Below are positions 44,524-58,796 of a stretch of 64,000 nt of DNA, piece after piece. The position numbers and the translations under genes are program-made. The stretch is from Octopus sinensis. Its lineage: Eukaryota. The stretch lies in the NCBI RefSeq assembly GCF_006345805.1, contig NC_042997.1:165602001-165666000 (forward strand), in the 5' to 3' direction. Numbering within the stretch: the first letter of the stretch is position 1; every line of letters starts with the position of its first letter. The notes beneath the pieces are model-generated. The model ran no database searches. It was given only the letters and a program-made list of their open reading frames with translations, and was not told where the DNA came from.

Positions 44524-44589
44524 GCGGTGCCTGCCATACGTTGACGAGAGGCAAACACCTTGAAACCTGGGTCCGTATGTGGCATCCGC
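44524..44589 (+). ncRNA. Type I hammerhead ribozyme fold (copy 3)
   Basis: GCGGUGCC-UGC-CAUACG | UUGACGA | GAGG-CAAACA-CCUU | GAAA C CUGG GUC^ | CGUAUG-U-GGCAUCCGC. Stem I is 6 bp plus an internal loop and 8 bp; stem II is 4 bp; the cleavage triplet is GUC at 44571-44573. Confidence 0.82.
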
Positions 44590-44747
44590 TTCTTCGGGGA
44601 ATGATCTCCCTTTGCAGGCTAGAGGACGCCGTGATGGCGTCAGCCCTTCTGGTGACGTTGATGATCGCCTGGGGCTAAATGCATCAGTAACACCCCCACC
44701 GCCCTGCCCTGTCCCTAGCCACATTCGGATGGCTAACGTCCCTTATG

Positions 44748-44902
<155 letters not shown>

Positions 44903-45443
44903 GGAGAGTTTACGAAAAAAACAAAAGACGAAGACAGGTGGTGTACAAAACAAATAGATGTATTTGTATAACGCTCAGGAATAGAAAAAGTCTTTTACGT
45001 TTTGAGCCTACGCTCTTCTACAGAAAAGGACACAGAAAAATCAAGGAGAGAAAAAATGTGTGTAGTGGCTAACGATCTATCAGTGCGACTGATATATATA
45101 TATATACTCGCATATACATATACAAATATATGATTATCTACATTCTTCTTCTTCTCTTCCTCTTCCTTCTTCTTCTTCTTCTTCTCCTCCTCCTCCTCTT
45201 TCTTCTTCTTCTTCCCTGCCAAGAATTCACAACGACCTCGAACCCACAAGAGTAAATAAGAGAGACAGAGACAGGCAGAAACAAGGAAAATGTCCCTTGT
45301 TTTTGAATACTATGCAAGTATTCTTTTAAAAAACTTTTCATCTAATTTTGCCAAAATTTTATTGTTTTCCATACTTACAGTAGAAAAAGTCTCAATGACT
45401 GAAACCAGTACTGAAATGTTTTTTATAAAATTATTTTAGCATT

Positions 45444-45818
45444 TTCTACCTTGACTGCGGCCATACTGAAGCACTGCCTTTAGTCGAGCAAATCGATCCC
45501 AGGACTTATTCTTTGGAAACCTAGTACTTATTATATCGGTCTCTTTTGCTGAACCGCTAAGTTACGGGGTCGTAAACACACCACCATCAGTTGTCAAGCG
45601 ATGTTGGAGGGACAAACATATACATATACATACATATACAAATATACATATATACGACGGGCCTCTTTCAGTTTCCGTCTACCAAATCCACTCACAAGGC
45701 TTTGGTCGGCCCGAGGCTATAGTAGAAGGCACTTGCCCAAGGTTCCACGCAGAGAGAATGAACCCGGAACCATGTGGTTGGTAAGCAAGCTACTTACCAC
45801 ACAGCCACTCCTGCGCCT
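45444..45818 (-). mobile_element. tRNA-derived SINE family A, full length
   Basis: Reverse complement of the element at 9679-10073. Confidence 0.8.
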
Positions 45819-46414
45819 ATTTACACAAATAGTTTTACCTTTTCTTTTTATTATTGTTTATTTTAAGCTGTTGAATTAAAGATGGAGAAAAGTAAGTTTG
45901 AACAATTTAATTGTCGGCTCAAATTGAAATGCAAAGCAGCGGAGACTGCTCGCAATATCAACCACGCATTTAGCCAGAGCACCGTCAATAAACTCCAAGT
46001 ACGACATTTGTTTTAAAAGTTTAATGTAGTGGAAAGGAGTCTTGAAGATGGTGAAGGTTGTAAATTTACTGTGATTGACAATAACCAATTAATGGCCTTT
46101 GCTGAAGCACCATCACACAAAGTATTCTCTAGAAGTAAACAGTGACCCTTCAGTAACTGTTTGGTATTTTCACCAGACTGGAGAGTAAAAACAACCCGCT
46201 AAGTGGGTGCTGTTCGAGCTAACAAAAATTAAAAAAACATCACCCTTAAGTAATCTGGTCTGCGCCGCAGCAAAAACGATTCATTTCTTGATTACTTTGT
46301 GACATGTGATGCAAAAATGAATTCTATAAGATAACTGACAGCGTTCTGAGCAGCAGTTGAAAAGAAGTGATGCACCAGAGTACTTCTCCGAATTGAAACT
46401 AAATCAATAGCAGA

Positions 46415-46775
46415 TTATTACCTCCGTCTTAGAGCAGGCGGAGATGTTGTTTTCAGACGTGTTTGTTTGTTTGTTTGTTTGTCCGTGGACACGATATCTC
46501 AAGAATCGCTGGATGGATTCGGATGAAACTTTCGGGGATGTTTGGCATCGTGACTGGCACGAGCTGATTAGATTTTGTGGCGATCCGATAGAGGACAAGG
46601 ATTCTGGATTATTTTTCCTCTTTTTTTACTTCATTTTTGAGAGCGGTCGGGTTCATTTTTAGTATTCTCGTTTGTGAGAGCAGTCGAGTTTATTTCAGAC
46701 ATTCTCATTTTAAGAATCATCTCCGGCTTATCGTTGAGAAGATGATGGTGTTGCCTTGGCGGAGGTTTGCGCTCC
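46415..46775 (+). mobile_element. Non-autonomous DINE-1/HINE-like (Helentron-associated) element
   Basis: Starts ttattacctccg.., carries a (GTTT)n block and the 'ggattcggatgaaactt' core, and ends ccttggcggaggtttgcgctc. Sub-terminal inverted repeat acctccg/cggaggt. Confidence 0.55.
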
Positions 46776-47589
46776 TGTTGTTAATGCTTTGTTGTTGACA
46801 GTGGTATCACCCACCACAATTTCTTGAATCTAATTAAAACCATTACAACAGAGAACTACTTACTGCCCAGAAATCGACAAAATACATCAAGAGATGCTAC
46901 GAAGTGGGCAAATTCTTCTTGACTAAAACTTCAGCACGTGCGCTGCAAATGACTGCAAATAGAACGAACTGGGCTAAGAAGCTCTCTCATCCACTTATTC
47001 CTCACAACTCTCTCCAACTGACTAACACTTTTTACAAGCATCTCGCGAATTCTCTGCAAAAGATTTCAATTACAAATCATCAGTTCAATAAGAGTGTTAA
47101 GAGTTCAAGACCACAGAATTTTATACTACGGAAACGTGTTCCTTGTTGCCAAAACTGTAGAATATGGCGGTTATTTCGATTGATAAAATTTATTCTGAGC
47201 TCAAATATACCAATTCAAATTGTTGGTTTAAAATGGCAGTGTATCAACTTGAATTTCACAGTCTGCAACATTTAAGCTTAAAATTCTTAGTCGAGACTAT
47301 TGCTGTTAATGCATATCGTTGAAATTTGGAGTTTTTAACTTGTATACTTTCTGCTGCGAAAATCATCCTCCTCACAACCATCACTACCACCACGTCACCA
47401 ACATCATCTCCCAGCATCGCTTTGTCGCACTCAGCTTCCTAATTCTATCACAGAGCAGAGCCTACTATTGTTCATCAACATTGTCGTCATTATACCTGCT
47501 TGCTACAAGAGAAACATGGAGCTCATTAGTGCGCAACTTAGCAAGTTTATCATGCTTGACCCTTTCGAAAGCTTTGTTGATATCAAGAG

Positions 47590-47753
47590 AGCTAGCATAG
47601 CTAGAGTGTGCCGCTCGGGGCGGCCCTTCCGTTTGCCGCCCTCGGACCCCACAAAAACACATATAGTCTACAGCAGACCCAAAAGTGGTGCCTCTTTAAA
47701 AGTGCCGCCCGGGGCGGACAACCTCCACCGCCCTCCTCCTGGCTACGCTAGTG
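47590..47753. mobile_element. 164-bp hAT-type MITE
   Basis: 8-bp direct repeat atcaagag at 47582-47589 and 47754-47761, with imperfect TIRs ctagcatagc/gctacgctag. Confidence 0.7.
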
Positions 47754-48849
47754 ATCAAGAGTAATATGACTGATTTCATCGAAATTATTGGGGACTATAG
47801 TGGAGAGCTTTGAGCATAATGTGAGTAGTCACCTTTGCAGGTGGCTGTGCTTGTCTCGCAGCTTGATGAGTATTGAGCTGTGCAGAAATAGTAACAAGCT
47901 CAGGCTTCCGTTTAATTTTTCAAGGAGGAATTCATGATGATACGGACACGAGAGCACCTGCAGTACACCGGTTCAAGGGATGCACATTGAAAAGTGAAAG
48001 AAACTGAAATACGATGATTACTAAATGTATTTTGTGTATGCACTTTATATACTTTATCCACAATTTTATAGACTTAATACACAGCACTCATAAAATAAAT
48101 ATTCACTCTTAATTTCCATTTTCCCCATAAGCAAAAAAAATATCGCCGTACATATGATACAACCTTTAGTTAAATCGCATATATCTGCCACGTAAATAAG
48201 AGTGAATATTTCACGGAACTGCACTCATACGCACGTGTTAAGTGATAGGTGGTATAAAAAAACTTGGTTCAATTTTTAAAAAAATACATTTTTCACTATT
48301 TAATCACCAACACTACCAACACCACCACCTCCATCTCCACTACCACCACCAGCACCACTACCATCATCATCTCTCTCTCTCTCCTTCCTCGCCCTTCTGC
48401 TAAAATTATATTTCTAATTCTCTTTCCCTGTATCTCTCCTTCAACTAACTTCTTTAACCCCATAATAGATATTACACTCCCCCTACCTTACGTCATGGAT
48501 GCTTCTCTCTTCCTCTTTTTCCCCTCTCCCCATTTTTCTTTCTCTCTCTTTCTGTCTTATCCTCATTTCTCTCTCTCCTTTTCGCCTTATCCTCTTTTTC
48601 TCTCTCTCCTTTTTCTTTCTCTCTTCATTCCCTTCAACTAATCATGTGAAAGCGTTGCAATTACATATCCTCTACCTCACGTCATGTGCGCTTCTTTCTC
48701 CCACTTTTCTTTCTCCATCTTTTTCTGTAATCACGTGAAAGCATTATCGACGGGTTAAGTAACGTAGTGACAAACAAAATTATGATAAGATGATAATAAG
48801 TGGTGGCAATGCGGGAACAAGATGCCTAGATGAAATGGGAGCAGGTGAT

Positions 48850-49200
48850 GGAGTGAAATGTCACCTGACAGAACATCTGAAAGTAAAACCTTCAGATTAG
48901 CTTTTATATGTCAGGATTTGGTCTTCCCCACTTTGAAGAAGAACTTGTTGGCAAATTTCCCGTTCTTCAGAATCATACACCGAGACTGTTTGAAACTCAT
49001 TTGCACCAACGTTATGAACTTCTCAAACTTCCGCAGGATCTATTCAGCTTCCTGCACTGTTGTCGGGGTCACCGTGTGGTTGTCCATGAAAGCTTCAGTG
49101 GGTTGTTGCCTTAGTCATGAAGGGGACGCCAGCATTCCTTCTCTACTGAAACGACCAGCATGTTTATTGTCAACACAAAGAAGAACGCCGAGATGGTTCA
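48850..49200 (-). mobile_element. Decayed RT fragment of a NeSL/HERO-like LINE
   Basis: Reads PTEAFMDNHTVT..ILRKFE..MSFKQSRCMILKNGK, resembling the AFMDD..FKP.KS..LK.GK motif of that clade. Confidence 0.5.
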
Positions 49201-50599
49201 CCCAGTAATTACTTCCACTTCTAGTTAGTGTCAGTCTGATGTCAGCTGGCCAGATGAAAACCCCAAACTTAATTTTCTGTAATAGTCTATGGTAAGGCCT
49301 TTTAACTTGTAGGATATATGGTGTCTCTCCAATACCCAATACAGCTTTGTGACCCCCATCTAGCCTATTTACACGAACATAGTAAAACATCCGCATGTCT
49401 CCGTGCTCTGAGACAGGGGTCTTCGAGCCCTTCCTGAGCAGCAGCAACGTGGCACCAGGTGAGGGATGCTATTATTGGCAATATAACGAGTTCTTTAAGA
49501 GCATCACTGAGAAAATCAGCAAGATCACTGAAAGCAGAAATACAACAAAGACTGTCTATTGTTAAAGATGGAGAGTGGCCAAAAGAAAGACCAAGAAGTG
49601 ACTCCCAATAGTTTACTGACCATGCATATCACTGTGTGATGAATGTTGACTTAAAGAACCAGCTAAAATTTCTATTACGTATCATCCAGTCCTCGTTGAA
49701 ACTAGATAGCATCCTAGCAACAAAGCAGCTCATTTTATTGGAGTCAAATGTGACCTATAGGGATAAGTCAGAGAAGGGATACAAAAGGAAGTGAGCAAAC
49801 CACCAGGAATTGTAGGAAGACTGTAGCAAGAACGAGTGGAGGACCAGGCCTTTTTCAGTAGAAGTGGGTTGTCAAGGATTCACAAGTCGTTTCCTCAATA
49901 AAGCTCATGGATCTCTGGTCATTAGAGGAATGAGTAAAAAATCCATCAATAAAAGCATAGACTCATCTGAAAATCACCTTGATGGTTATAGCTAAAAGCG
50001 GTGATCAGTGAGGTCAGTAGAATGCTACTTGGACACAGGCCTAGGCTTAATCAACTTAGAGGATGGGGATGTATGTTGAAGGAACCAGAACACGTAGTAA
50101 CTTCAGAATATAACATTGACAATTAATCAAGGTTTTGTATCTGTACACGTACGTAGAACAATGATTTGGCAGGTGCCCTGAATTTCAACAACAAATTCTT
50201 TAAAGATTGTTGATTTGGGTCAGTAAAACAAGTATAGCCAGTTATCTTTTAAATTTTGCATGGGAGAATTTTGATTTGAGCTTTTTGTCTTTTAACAGTA
50301 ACAATGAAACAATAACCAGACATTCAAGGTTAAATTATTGTAGCATACCAGTCTCACTTAGGTGTATATACATTAAACCGAAATGAGTTGAGAGAAATAA
50401 TTCAGAGTAGCCATTAGCATAAAAGTTCAGCAAAGATAAATACAAGTGTATCAGATACAACACAGTGTAAATTTTTGATTTATTAAAATAATCTCGCTGC
50501 CTCTAGTTTTGTTCAATGACACAACCCACATACGATCTAAAGATTGTGAACCTAATCATTCGGTTTCGCACCTTCATACAACGTAAGTAGTGATGTTTG

Positions 50600-52750
50600 C
50601 TTCGTCTTTTTTAGTGAAATGCCAATTTATCGAACCAGGATCACGATAAAATGCCTCTCAGTATACTATGCATTTATGCAACCACAATCACAAACATACG
50701 TTTGATACTTTTGTGTGTGTCTATATTCTTTGGCTGCTGGAGATAGGTTGGAGCGAAAGATGTTGCATGGCACTCTGGGAGTGTGCAAAAAGATCCCAGT
50801 CATCAGTATATAGGAATTCGTGTATGAGAACAGCTTTGCTTTGGCAGCAAGCCAGCTTACATTCAACATCCTACCCGTTATCGATATCTGATGTAGACCT
50901 CATGTAAGCAACCTACAAAAGCCATCGATAAAACCATTACCAAGAACAATGCAAACAAAGTTGGCACTGGGATATCCCCTTAATTAAAACCATTTTCAAT
51001 AAAAATTGTATCAGAGAGCTTACTGTCCACGTTGGCCCATGCTTTCATTCCATCATGAAAACATCTAAACTTTCTTAGAATGTTCCATAAGGCATTTCAA
51101 TTTCAGTGTCAAAAGTGTTAGTTAGATAATGAATCGATAAAGGTCCATGTTAAGCTCAATGCGTTTTTCCTGAAGTTACTTAACAAAAAAAAATCATATC
51201 CGTTGTCTCCCACCATTTCTGAAACCACGCTGAAATTTAGGAAAGACCTCCTTATCGATGTTGATGAGAAATCTCTTCAGCATGATCCTATATAACAACT
51301 TGCTTACAACAGAAAGAAGAGATATTCCACGTTATTTTTCGCAGTCGTCCTTCCTTTATAGAGAACCACTACTAGCGTATCTTTCAACCGTTTGAGACAC
51401 TTTCTTCAATCCAGACCTATTGCTTTAGTCAAACGTCGAAGCAGGCTTTCACTTTCACATTCCATGATCTCGGCATAGAGACTCTTTATCCCAAGCGACT
51501 TCTAGCTATTTGGCTTTTTTTTTTTTTTGTTTCACAGATTTTCAGCTTCTTCAAGGAAAGGAGTCTTTGCCTGTATTCTTTTGTTGGCAAACAACGAATC
51601 AAGTCAACAAACTCATCATAAAAGTCTATGTAAATGTTCGTTAAAGTGTTTTCGCCACCTGACAAGAATATCTCTGGGCAACTCTTTGCCATCAAGAGTT
51701 CGTAGAGGAGCAACAGGAGAGTAAGATCGCCCATAAAGCCTGATCTGCTTTATTCCTCTACCAAGTATCCAGTATCTCACGAAACCTTTGATATACCTTA
51801 CACTTTATGTGCTTGCACAAGGTTTCATTCTTCTGCATTTCTAGTTCTCTTCCAAGGACACTCGCGAGCACTACATTCTCTTCTTTAAATAATGTTTGAA
51901 CTTCATCATTTAATTTCTTTAGGATGCACGATCAAGACGATGGTCAGTCTAGCATTCAACTCCCTGCATAACGTGAACACTACACATATAATGAGCATCA
52001 CGCCTACGAACATCAAAATCAATCATATGCCATTGCTTCGAGCCTGGTTGCATCCAAGTTATTTTGTATTTATCTTTCTACTGGAACATGGTATTCGCTA
52101 TGCATAACTTCAGCCCCTGACACATTTACAGCAGTAACAAGCTATTACTATTGTACTTTCAGACTCTGTGCTTTCGAGTTACATTCCAGGTTTGTAATCT
52201 TTGCTAACTCTAGCACTAAAGTCACCGAGTATGACAACTGTATCGGCACAAAGAATCTTGCATAAAGTTTCTTTAATGAAAAATAAAATGCTAGTTTTTC
52301 ATCTTAAGAGGAACACATGGCTGAAGCATGGACACTTACTAGAGTAACGAATCTATTGTTTGACAACGGACTCATTGGTATCAACCAATCAGTCACTCCA
52401 CACGGAAGCTCTTCCTGCCTAGAAAGTTTTATATTCTTTCCCGCAAATGCTACACCAGTCTCTGCTCTCCCACTCCAATAAAACATGTAACCAACCTCTT
52501 CAGGGAGCCTCATTCTAGACAAAGCCATCATAATTATGTTATGCTGTTGCGGCTCTGGTTACAAATGTCATCCATCTTCCGGCGAGTGTTGTATAACATA
52601 TATAATTTAATAAAGTGTGAGTATTCCAGCAAATAATACTCAAAGGTCTAAGCCTTCATGCAGTGGTAAGATGACGACGGGTCCAGGCTGCAGTGTTCTG
52701 AGACACCCGTTGAGTCAGACCCTTTCACTATCCATTCGCCTCTTTATTAG
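50600..52750 (-). mobile_element. Highly decayed RTE LINE(s): APE endonuclease fragments
   Basis: Reads ALSRMRLPEE.GY.FYWSG..GVAFA, VILGDFSARV, TWMQPGSKQWHMIDF and TDHRL. Confidence 0.6.
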
Positions 52751-54854
52751 TCTGCAAATTATTGTTATTTTTCACTGAGTGTTTTGTCTTTTTATAGCTA
52801 TAGTAAGCAATACATAACAGAATTTAAAAAAAAATTAAGCTATGCCTATGCTTGAAACTTTTTAGAGTGAAGAAAGGTATTGTACAGGACCAATTCCACT
52901 CTCTGACAATGGATGCATTTGCCTAAAAAGAAGAGCTAATCTCCATCATTGGATGCAAAAGAAGTCGCAGGTGTTGCATCAGTTTTCTTTCTCTTAGAGA
53001 GATGTTTGAACATAGACTAGGGGTCTCTCACTCCCAGCTGTTGGATAGTCGTTGGATCTACTGAATTCATCCAATCCTTCACAGGCCTTGTTTTTCATTC
53101 TGTAGGGCGTCCAGCAAAATATCACCCTCCTAACCAAGCAGGCTCGGTAGGATTTCCGGTTTAGTCGCCGACGGTCCGTCCATGCGACTGGTTGTACTGG
53201 GTTACATGCTACAGGTAGAGCTTAAGAGTGACCTAAGACTACACATGCGCGTGCACTCACAAGAAAAGTATAGACGATAAAAGATACATGCATTTAAATG
53301 TATGTATGCAAGTATGTGCACAAGCGTTACACCAGTATGCTACAAGGGGCTAAACATAGAGGGGACAAACAAGGACAGACAAATGGATTAAGTCGATTAT
53401 ATCGACCCCAGTGCGACCTCGAAAGGATGAAAGGCAAAGTCGACCTCGGCGAGATTTGAACTCAGAACGTAGCGGCAGACAAATTACCGCTAAGCATTTC
53501 GCCCGGCGTGCTAACGTTTCTGCCAGCTAGCCGCCTTTCAGTATACCACAATAATTTAGACCTTGAACTTTGGGCAATTATCTTAATGTCATATATGAAA
53601 CGGCAAAAGGCTTAAATCAAAATTTTCTCATATTTAAAAGTTAACTGGCTATACTTGTTTTACTGACCCAAATTAACAATTCATAAAAAAAATTACTGAC
53701 CCAAATTAACAATTCATTAAAAAAATTATAGTTAAAATGGAGGAACCAGCAAAACCCTTTTGTTCTACATAGAGATGCAAAACCTGGATCATTTCTCAGT
53801 GTTGTATCCTATGGTCACTGGATGTTTCGACACTTGAAAATACTGAGGGTAGGGAATGATTTTTAAGAAGCCTCAAACCCCGTTATCTTCTTTTGAATTT
53901 AGCTCTCAGGCACACACTGAAATACAAAACATTTATTTGTTCCTACCGATGTGTTGTTTCACCCTACTCTCTCCGACAATTTCTGCGATATCGCTTGCGA
54001 TGCATTTCCTCGACATAGCGCTAGAGAGACAGCCTCATTCTCAGACTGCAATCACAAATGTGAACATCTCTTCCAAAATCAATGAGGAGAATATTTATAG
54101 ACTTCTTCGAATCCAGCAGTTTCTCTACTCTGGTTATAAATTCACAGATACACTCTTTTACTCTTTTACTTGTTTCAGTCATTTGACTGCGGCCATGCTC
54201 GAGCACCGCCTTTAGTCGAGCAAATCGACCCCTGGACTTATTCTTTGTAAGCCTAGTACTTGTTCTATCGGTCTCTTTTGCCAAACCGCTAAGTTACGGG
54301 GACGTAAACACACCAGCATCGGTTGTCAAGCGATGTTGGGGGTACTTTTCATATTTATTGTATCGACCGTGTGATGTGCAAAGGAGCCATTCTCGTCACA
54401 TCACTTCGCCCGATCGTTTACAAATGTGTGTGCCAAATTCCATTATCCTTCCTTAAGTTTATTTTGAATAATTAAGAAACATCAATGTATAAATCTTTCT
54501 GGGACACCCTGTATATAGGGAGAATTCATAAAAAAAAAAGAGACAAAGACAGGTGGTGTAGACAAGCAGATGTATTAGTCTAACGCTCGGGAAGTGAAAA
54601 AAGTCTTTAACGTTTCGAGCCTACGCAGAAAGGAACACAGAAAGAAACATGTCTGTGTGTACATATACGCACACAGACAAAGACACAAACACACACACCA
54701 TATTGGTGAACGCTCAGAGGCAACGTAAGAGAATGAAGTCTTTAGTCATGTCAAGGACGTAGAAATCCAAGGGTGATAAAATGCACTCAGTTCACTCTGG
54801 TTGTATGCAACTCGAATGTATGCAACTCGAATGCATACTCATTTGCATATCGTT

Positions 54855-54955
<101 letters not shown>

Positions 54956-56079
54956 ATATAAAACACTTGTGTTTTGATATCTATTGTATAATAATTTCAC
55001 ATTGAAATTATGACAATTATTTTATTGTCAATTATTATACTCTAACTGAAATTCTTCCACGAAAATTTGAAAGAACTGCACCAGTTTTTAGTTTCCCATA
55101 TCAAGAATCTACGAAAGAATTAAGGCCAAAAGAGAAAGACCAGCACTAAAACTCTGATGTATTGTTCATCAACAGTTTCTAAACTGCGCTGGATATGAAA
55201 CTGAAGTCATTAAGACATACAAGGAATATTAATTATGATAATGATATTGGTTTCAGATTTTGGCATAAGGTCAACAAGTTCGGGGGACGGGTGGTTGGTT
55301 AAGTCGATTACATCTAACCCAGAATTCAACTGGTACTTCTTTTGTCGATCTCGAAGAGAGAAATTGACGGAGAGAGAGGGGGGGAGAGGGGGGGAGAGAA
55401 ATAGAGACAAAGAAAAAAATTCGTGTTGACCGGGTATTTATGAAAAATTCGACTTTAATCTGAGTATTGAGATCTATATTAAACTTGCTTTAAAATAACC
55501 GATTAACATAGAGGCTGGTATACATGTATGCATACATACAAACGCATGCACACGTATGTATATGTATGTATGTATGTATGTATGTAGTATGTATGTATGT
55601 ATGCATGTATCGCAATCCCTTGTCATCTCCTTTGTGAAACCCAGCATCCTGATTTTGGGTTTCATCACTTCTTCCCGAGCTTTTTTCTCCTGCAAATTCG
55701 ATCCACATTGAGTACTGTGTATTACTTTCATCTTCCGTACTTACCACATACCAATGCTACCAGAGCCTTTTCTCTTGCAGACTACATCTGATTCCTTTTA
55801 TGTTCAGCTTTTCTCTCAGCTTTTTGTGCTCTGTAGTTTAAACACACACGTTAAACATCTAGCGCCCCATGCTTGCTTTATTTCTTTCTGGCCTTTGTAA
55901 ATTCTCTGCATTTAAGGCCCATGCATTACTTCCACGAAAAATTGAGGTTTGTACACAAATGTTATGGAGTTTGCCCTTCACTCCGAAAATGAGCAACACT
56001 TTGTTTTCATTAAAGATAATTGCAATTTGAAAGTTTTGTGACTCCATTCTTATTCTAGCTACTTTCGATAGGGTCAACC

Positions 56080-57962
56080 ATCAGTACTTGGGGGCTTTCC
56101 TTAAGGCAGTTGGTTTCGGTCCCGTTTTTAGAGGCTGGATCGCTGCAATGCACAGTGACATCTGTTCGGTGGTCAAAGTAAAAGGCCACCTGTCGGAATC
56201 GTTTAATATTGCATGTTCGGTCCGTCAAGGATGCCCGCTCTCACCCCTTCTCTACGTACTAGCACTCGAGCCATTACAGCGGAAGCTGGATGTTTCGAGG
56301 GACATCCCGCGTGAACTAGGATGTGGAAGGTTCGTGTCGGCATTTGCGGATGACGTCGCTGTGATAGTGTCTCAGAAATCGAGATGGTCGGTACTACCCT
56401 AAAGGATTATGAAGCGGTGACAAGAGCAATGATTAATCGGGAGAAGTCAGTGGGTCTGCAGCTCGGCACAGGTCATTGCCGTTCGACAGCGTTGTGGGGC
56501 GCTGGACGGAAGGATCGGTTAAGTTGTTCGGTGTCTGGTTCGGTCCGGACCTCCAAGTGGACAAGAACTGGAGTGAGGTGACAGACAGGATGGTTAGTCT
56601 CATCCAGAAATGGGCCGAGAGGAAGCTGTTCCTGAAAGGTCAGGCAGAGATGGCGAATGCGTACATCGCATCCGTCATATACTACCGCTTGACTGTCGTC
56701 CCATGCCCCGCTTCGGGGCTGAACGGGCTGGTGCGTTTAGTCTTCTGCTTCCTGTGGAAAGAACAGGTACCATTTGGCAAACGGTCCATTTGCTGTCATC
56801 ACCTGTTGCGTGGAGGACTGGGCATGCAGTGGCTGATGATGCACAGACATGCGCTAACGCTGCGACATCTCCAGCAATACCTTAACGGTGAAAAGGTGTG
56901 GTCGCCGTTTCTTGGACGCGCTTTTCCGCAGCTCGTCTCTTTGACCTGGCGACAGTCCTGGATTAGGCGTAGACCGAGGCAGGGCGCTTGGCACCTAGAG
57001 TGTCTCCCAGAGCTCACAGTCGGGCAGTGCTATCGGTGGAAGTTCCACCTTGGAGTTCTATAGGGGATTAGTGGAGGGCAAGAGTGACAACGTTCTCGAA
57101 GAGGTTGTGGGCGTCGGGAGGGATCAACTGGCTGGTCTCTTCGGGAGGACTTTCAGGCCGGGGCCTATAGATAACTTCCAGAGATCCCTGGCCTGGCAGT
57201 GCTACCGGGGAGTTCTGAGGGTTCGCGATAAGCTCTACAGGTACGGGTGTGCAATCGTCCGAGATGTACGCGGAGCAATGAAACCGTTCTGCATGCTCTC
57301 GTACGGTGTCAACGCATTGCTGACTTATGGAGCTTTGTCGAACAGTTATTGTCACGTGTAGGACGGATACGGCTATCGTCCGAGTCCATCGTGAAGGTCA
57401 CCCTGCCTACTTCCTTTGGCTGAGAAGCACAGGCAGTTTTTCTCTAACTGGTGGCTATGGCGGAAAAGATTGTGTGGCAGACGCGATTGAAAGGGTTGAA
57501 GACGGGTACTTTCCTCTTCGGCCAAGGCCTCATTGACTTTTTCAGGTTCCAACTGAAAAGGAAAGTGAGGCTGGAGAGGGAGATGCTGTCACCCAGTAAG
57601 TTTGTTGAAATGTGGGTGAATGTGGCAAGAATGGCTCGTGTGAATGGGACCACTCTAAGTGTGCACCTGTAGGCCGGATGGAATGAGGAGGAGAGGAGTG
57701 CCTACCAGAGGTGCCTTTGGTCTTGGGGTGGGGTCATTTTGTGTGAGGTTCCTTTAGTTGCCTCTCAGTGGAACTTCCCTCTATTGGGGAAGAACATTGT
57801 TGGTTTAATCTCCTTGTTATTTGTTGTGTTTATTTCTTTTTCTTTTTGCTGTTTACACGTTTATCCCCACTGCCCCTGTCCCTCGTCTGTGCATCGTCTT
57901 TTATGCTTTGTGTCCAGCCCTGGTGGCCAATAAAGAAAGTATAATAATAATAATAATAATAA
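56080..57962 (+). mobile_element. 5'-truncated Tx1/L1-clade LINE with poly(A) signal and (AAT)n tail
   Basis: RT motifs SVRQGCPLSPLLYVLALEPL and FADDV, then VKLFGVWFG. Frameshifted. AATAAA at 57929-57934 is followed by (AAT)n. Confidence 0.85.
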
Positions 57963-57986
57963 TTATTATTATTATTATTATTATTA

Positions 57987-58023
<37 letters not shown>

Positions 58024-58034
58024 TATTTACTTTT

Positions 58035-58796
58035 CAAGACAGCCAGTTCCAGCAACAACACAACAACAGCCACGTTGAGAGTCACCAACTTCGTCCAACA
58101 GCATTCGGTGACCTCCATCTCCGTCGCCACCATTCGTCCCAACGTCAACATCTCTCTACGTACTCGCACACGTTACAACACTGCACTGTTCGTGAATTAC
58201 TTCACCATGGATCAACAGTGAATAAATGCGTATATGTGCCAGAAGGAAAAGAGAGACACAACCGAGTAGAATGTTTAAGAGAAGATTTTATTGATATGTT
58301 AACATGTGTGTGTGTCATATAGGCATAATGATAGACAGGCCGTCTTGAGAACAAAGTTTGTGTACAAACATGGATGTATGCGTGTGCGATAAGTACAGAG
58401 CATTAAGAGTCTATAATATGCCATTAGAAGAATGTTCAGACACAAGGATGATAAATACCAGTCCGTAGTCAAGGTACACGATAACTGAAATGCTGTATCA
58501 AGAAGTTGCGGTGATGATGCAGGACCGGAGCGGTACGTGTCGTACGAAGATGTGGCTGTAATGTTACTACCTGGGTTACTTGGTACAGGAGTTCTCGCAG
58601 GTTCTTTATTCACTGTTGATCCATGGTGAAGTAATTCACGAACAGTGCAGTGTTGTAACGTGTGCGAGTACGTAGAGAGATGTTGACGTTGGGACGAATG
58701 GTGGCGACGGAGATGGAGGTCACCGAATGCTGTTGGACGAAGTTGGTGACTCTCCACGTGGCTGTTGTTGTGTTGTTGCTGGAACTGGCTGTCTTG
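58035..58796. repeat. Inverted duplication: 192-bp arms (1 mismatch), 378-bp spacer
   Basis: 58035-58226 is the reverse complement of 58605-58796. Confidence 0.9.
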
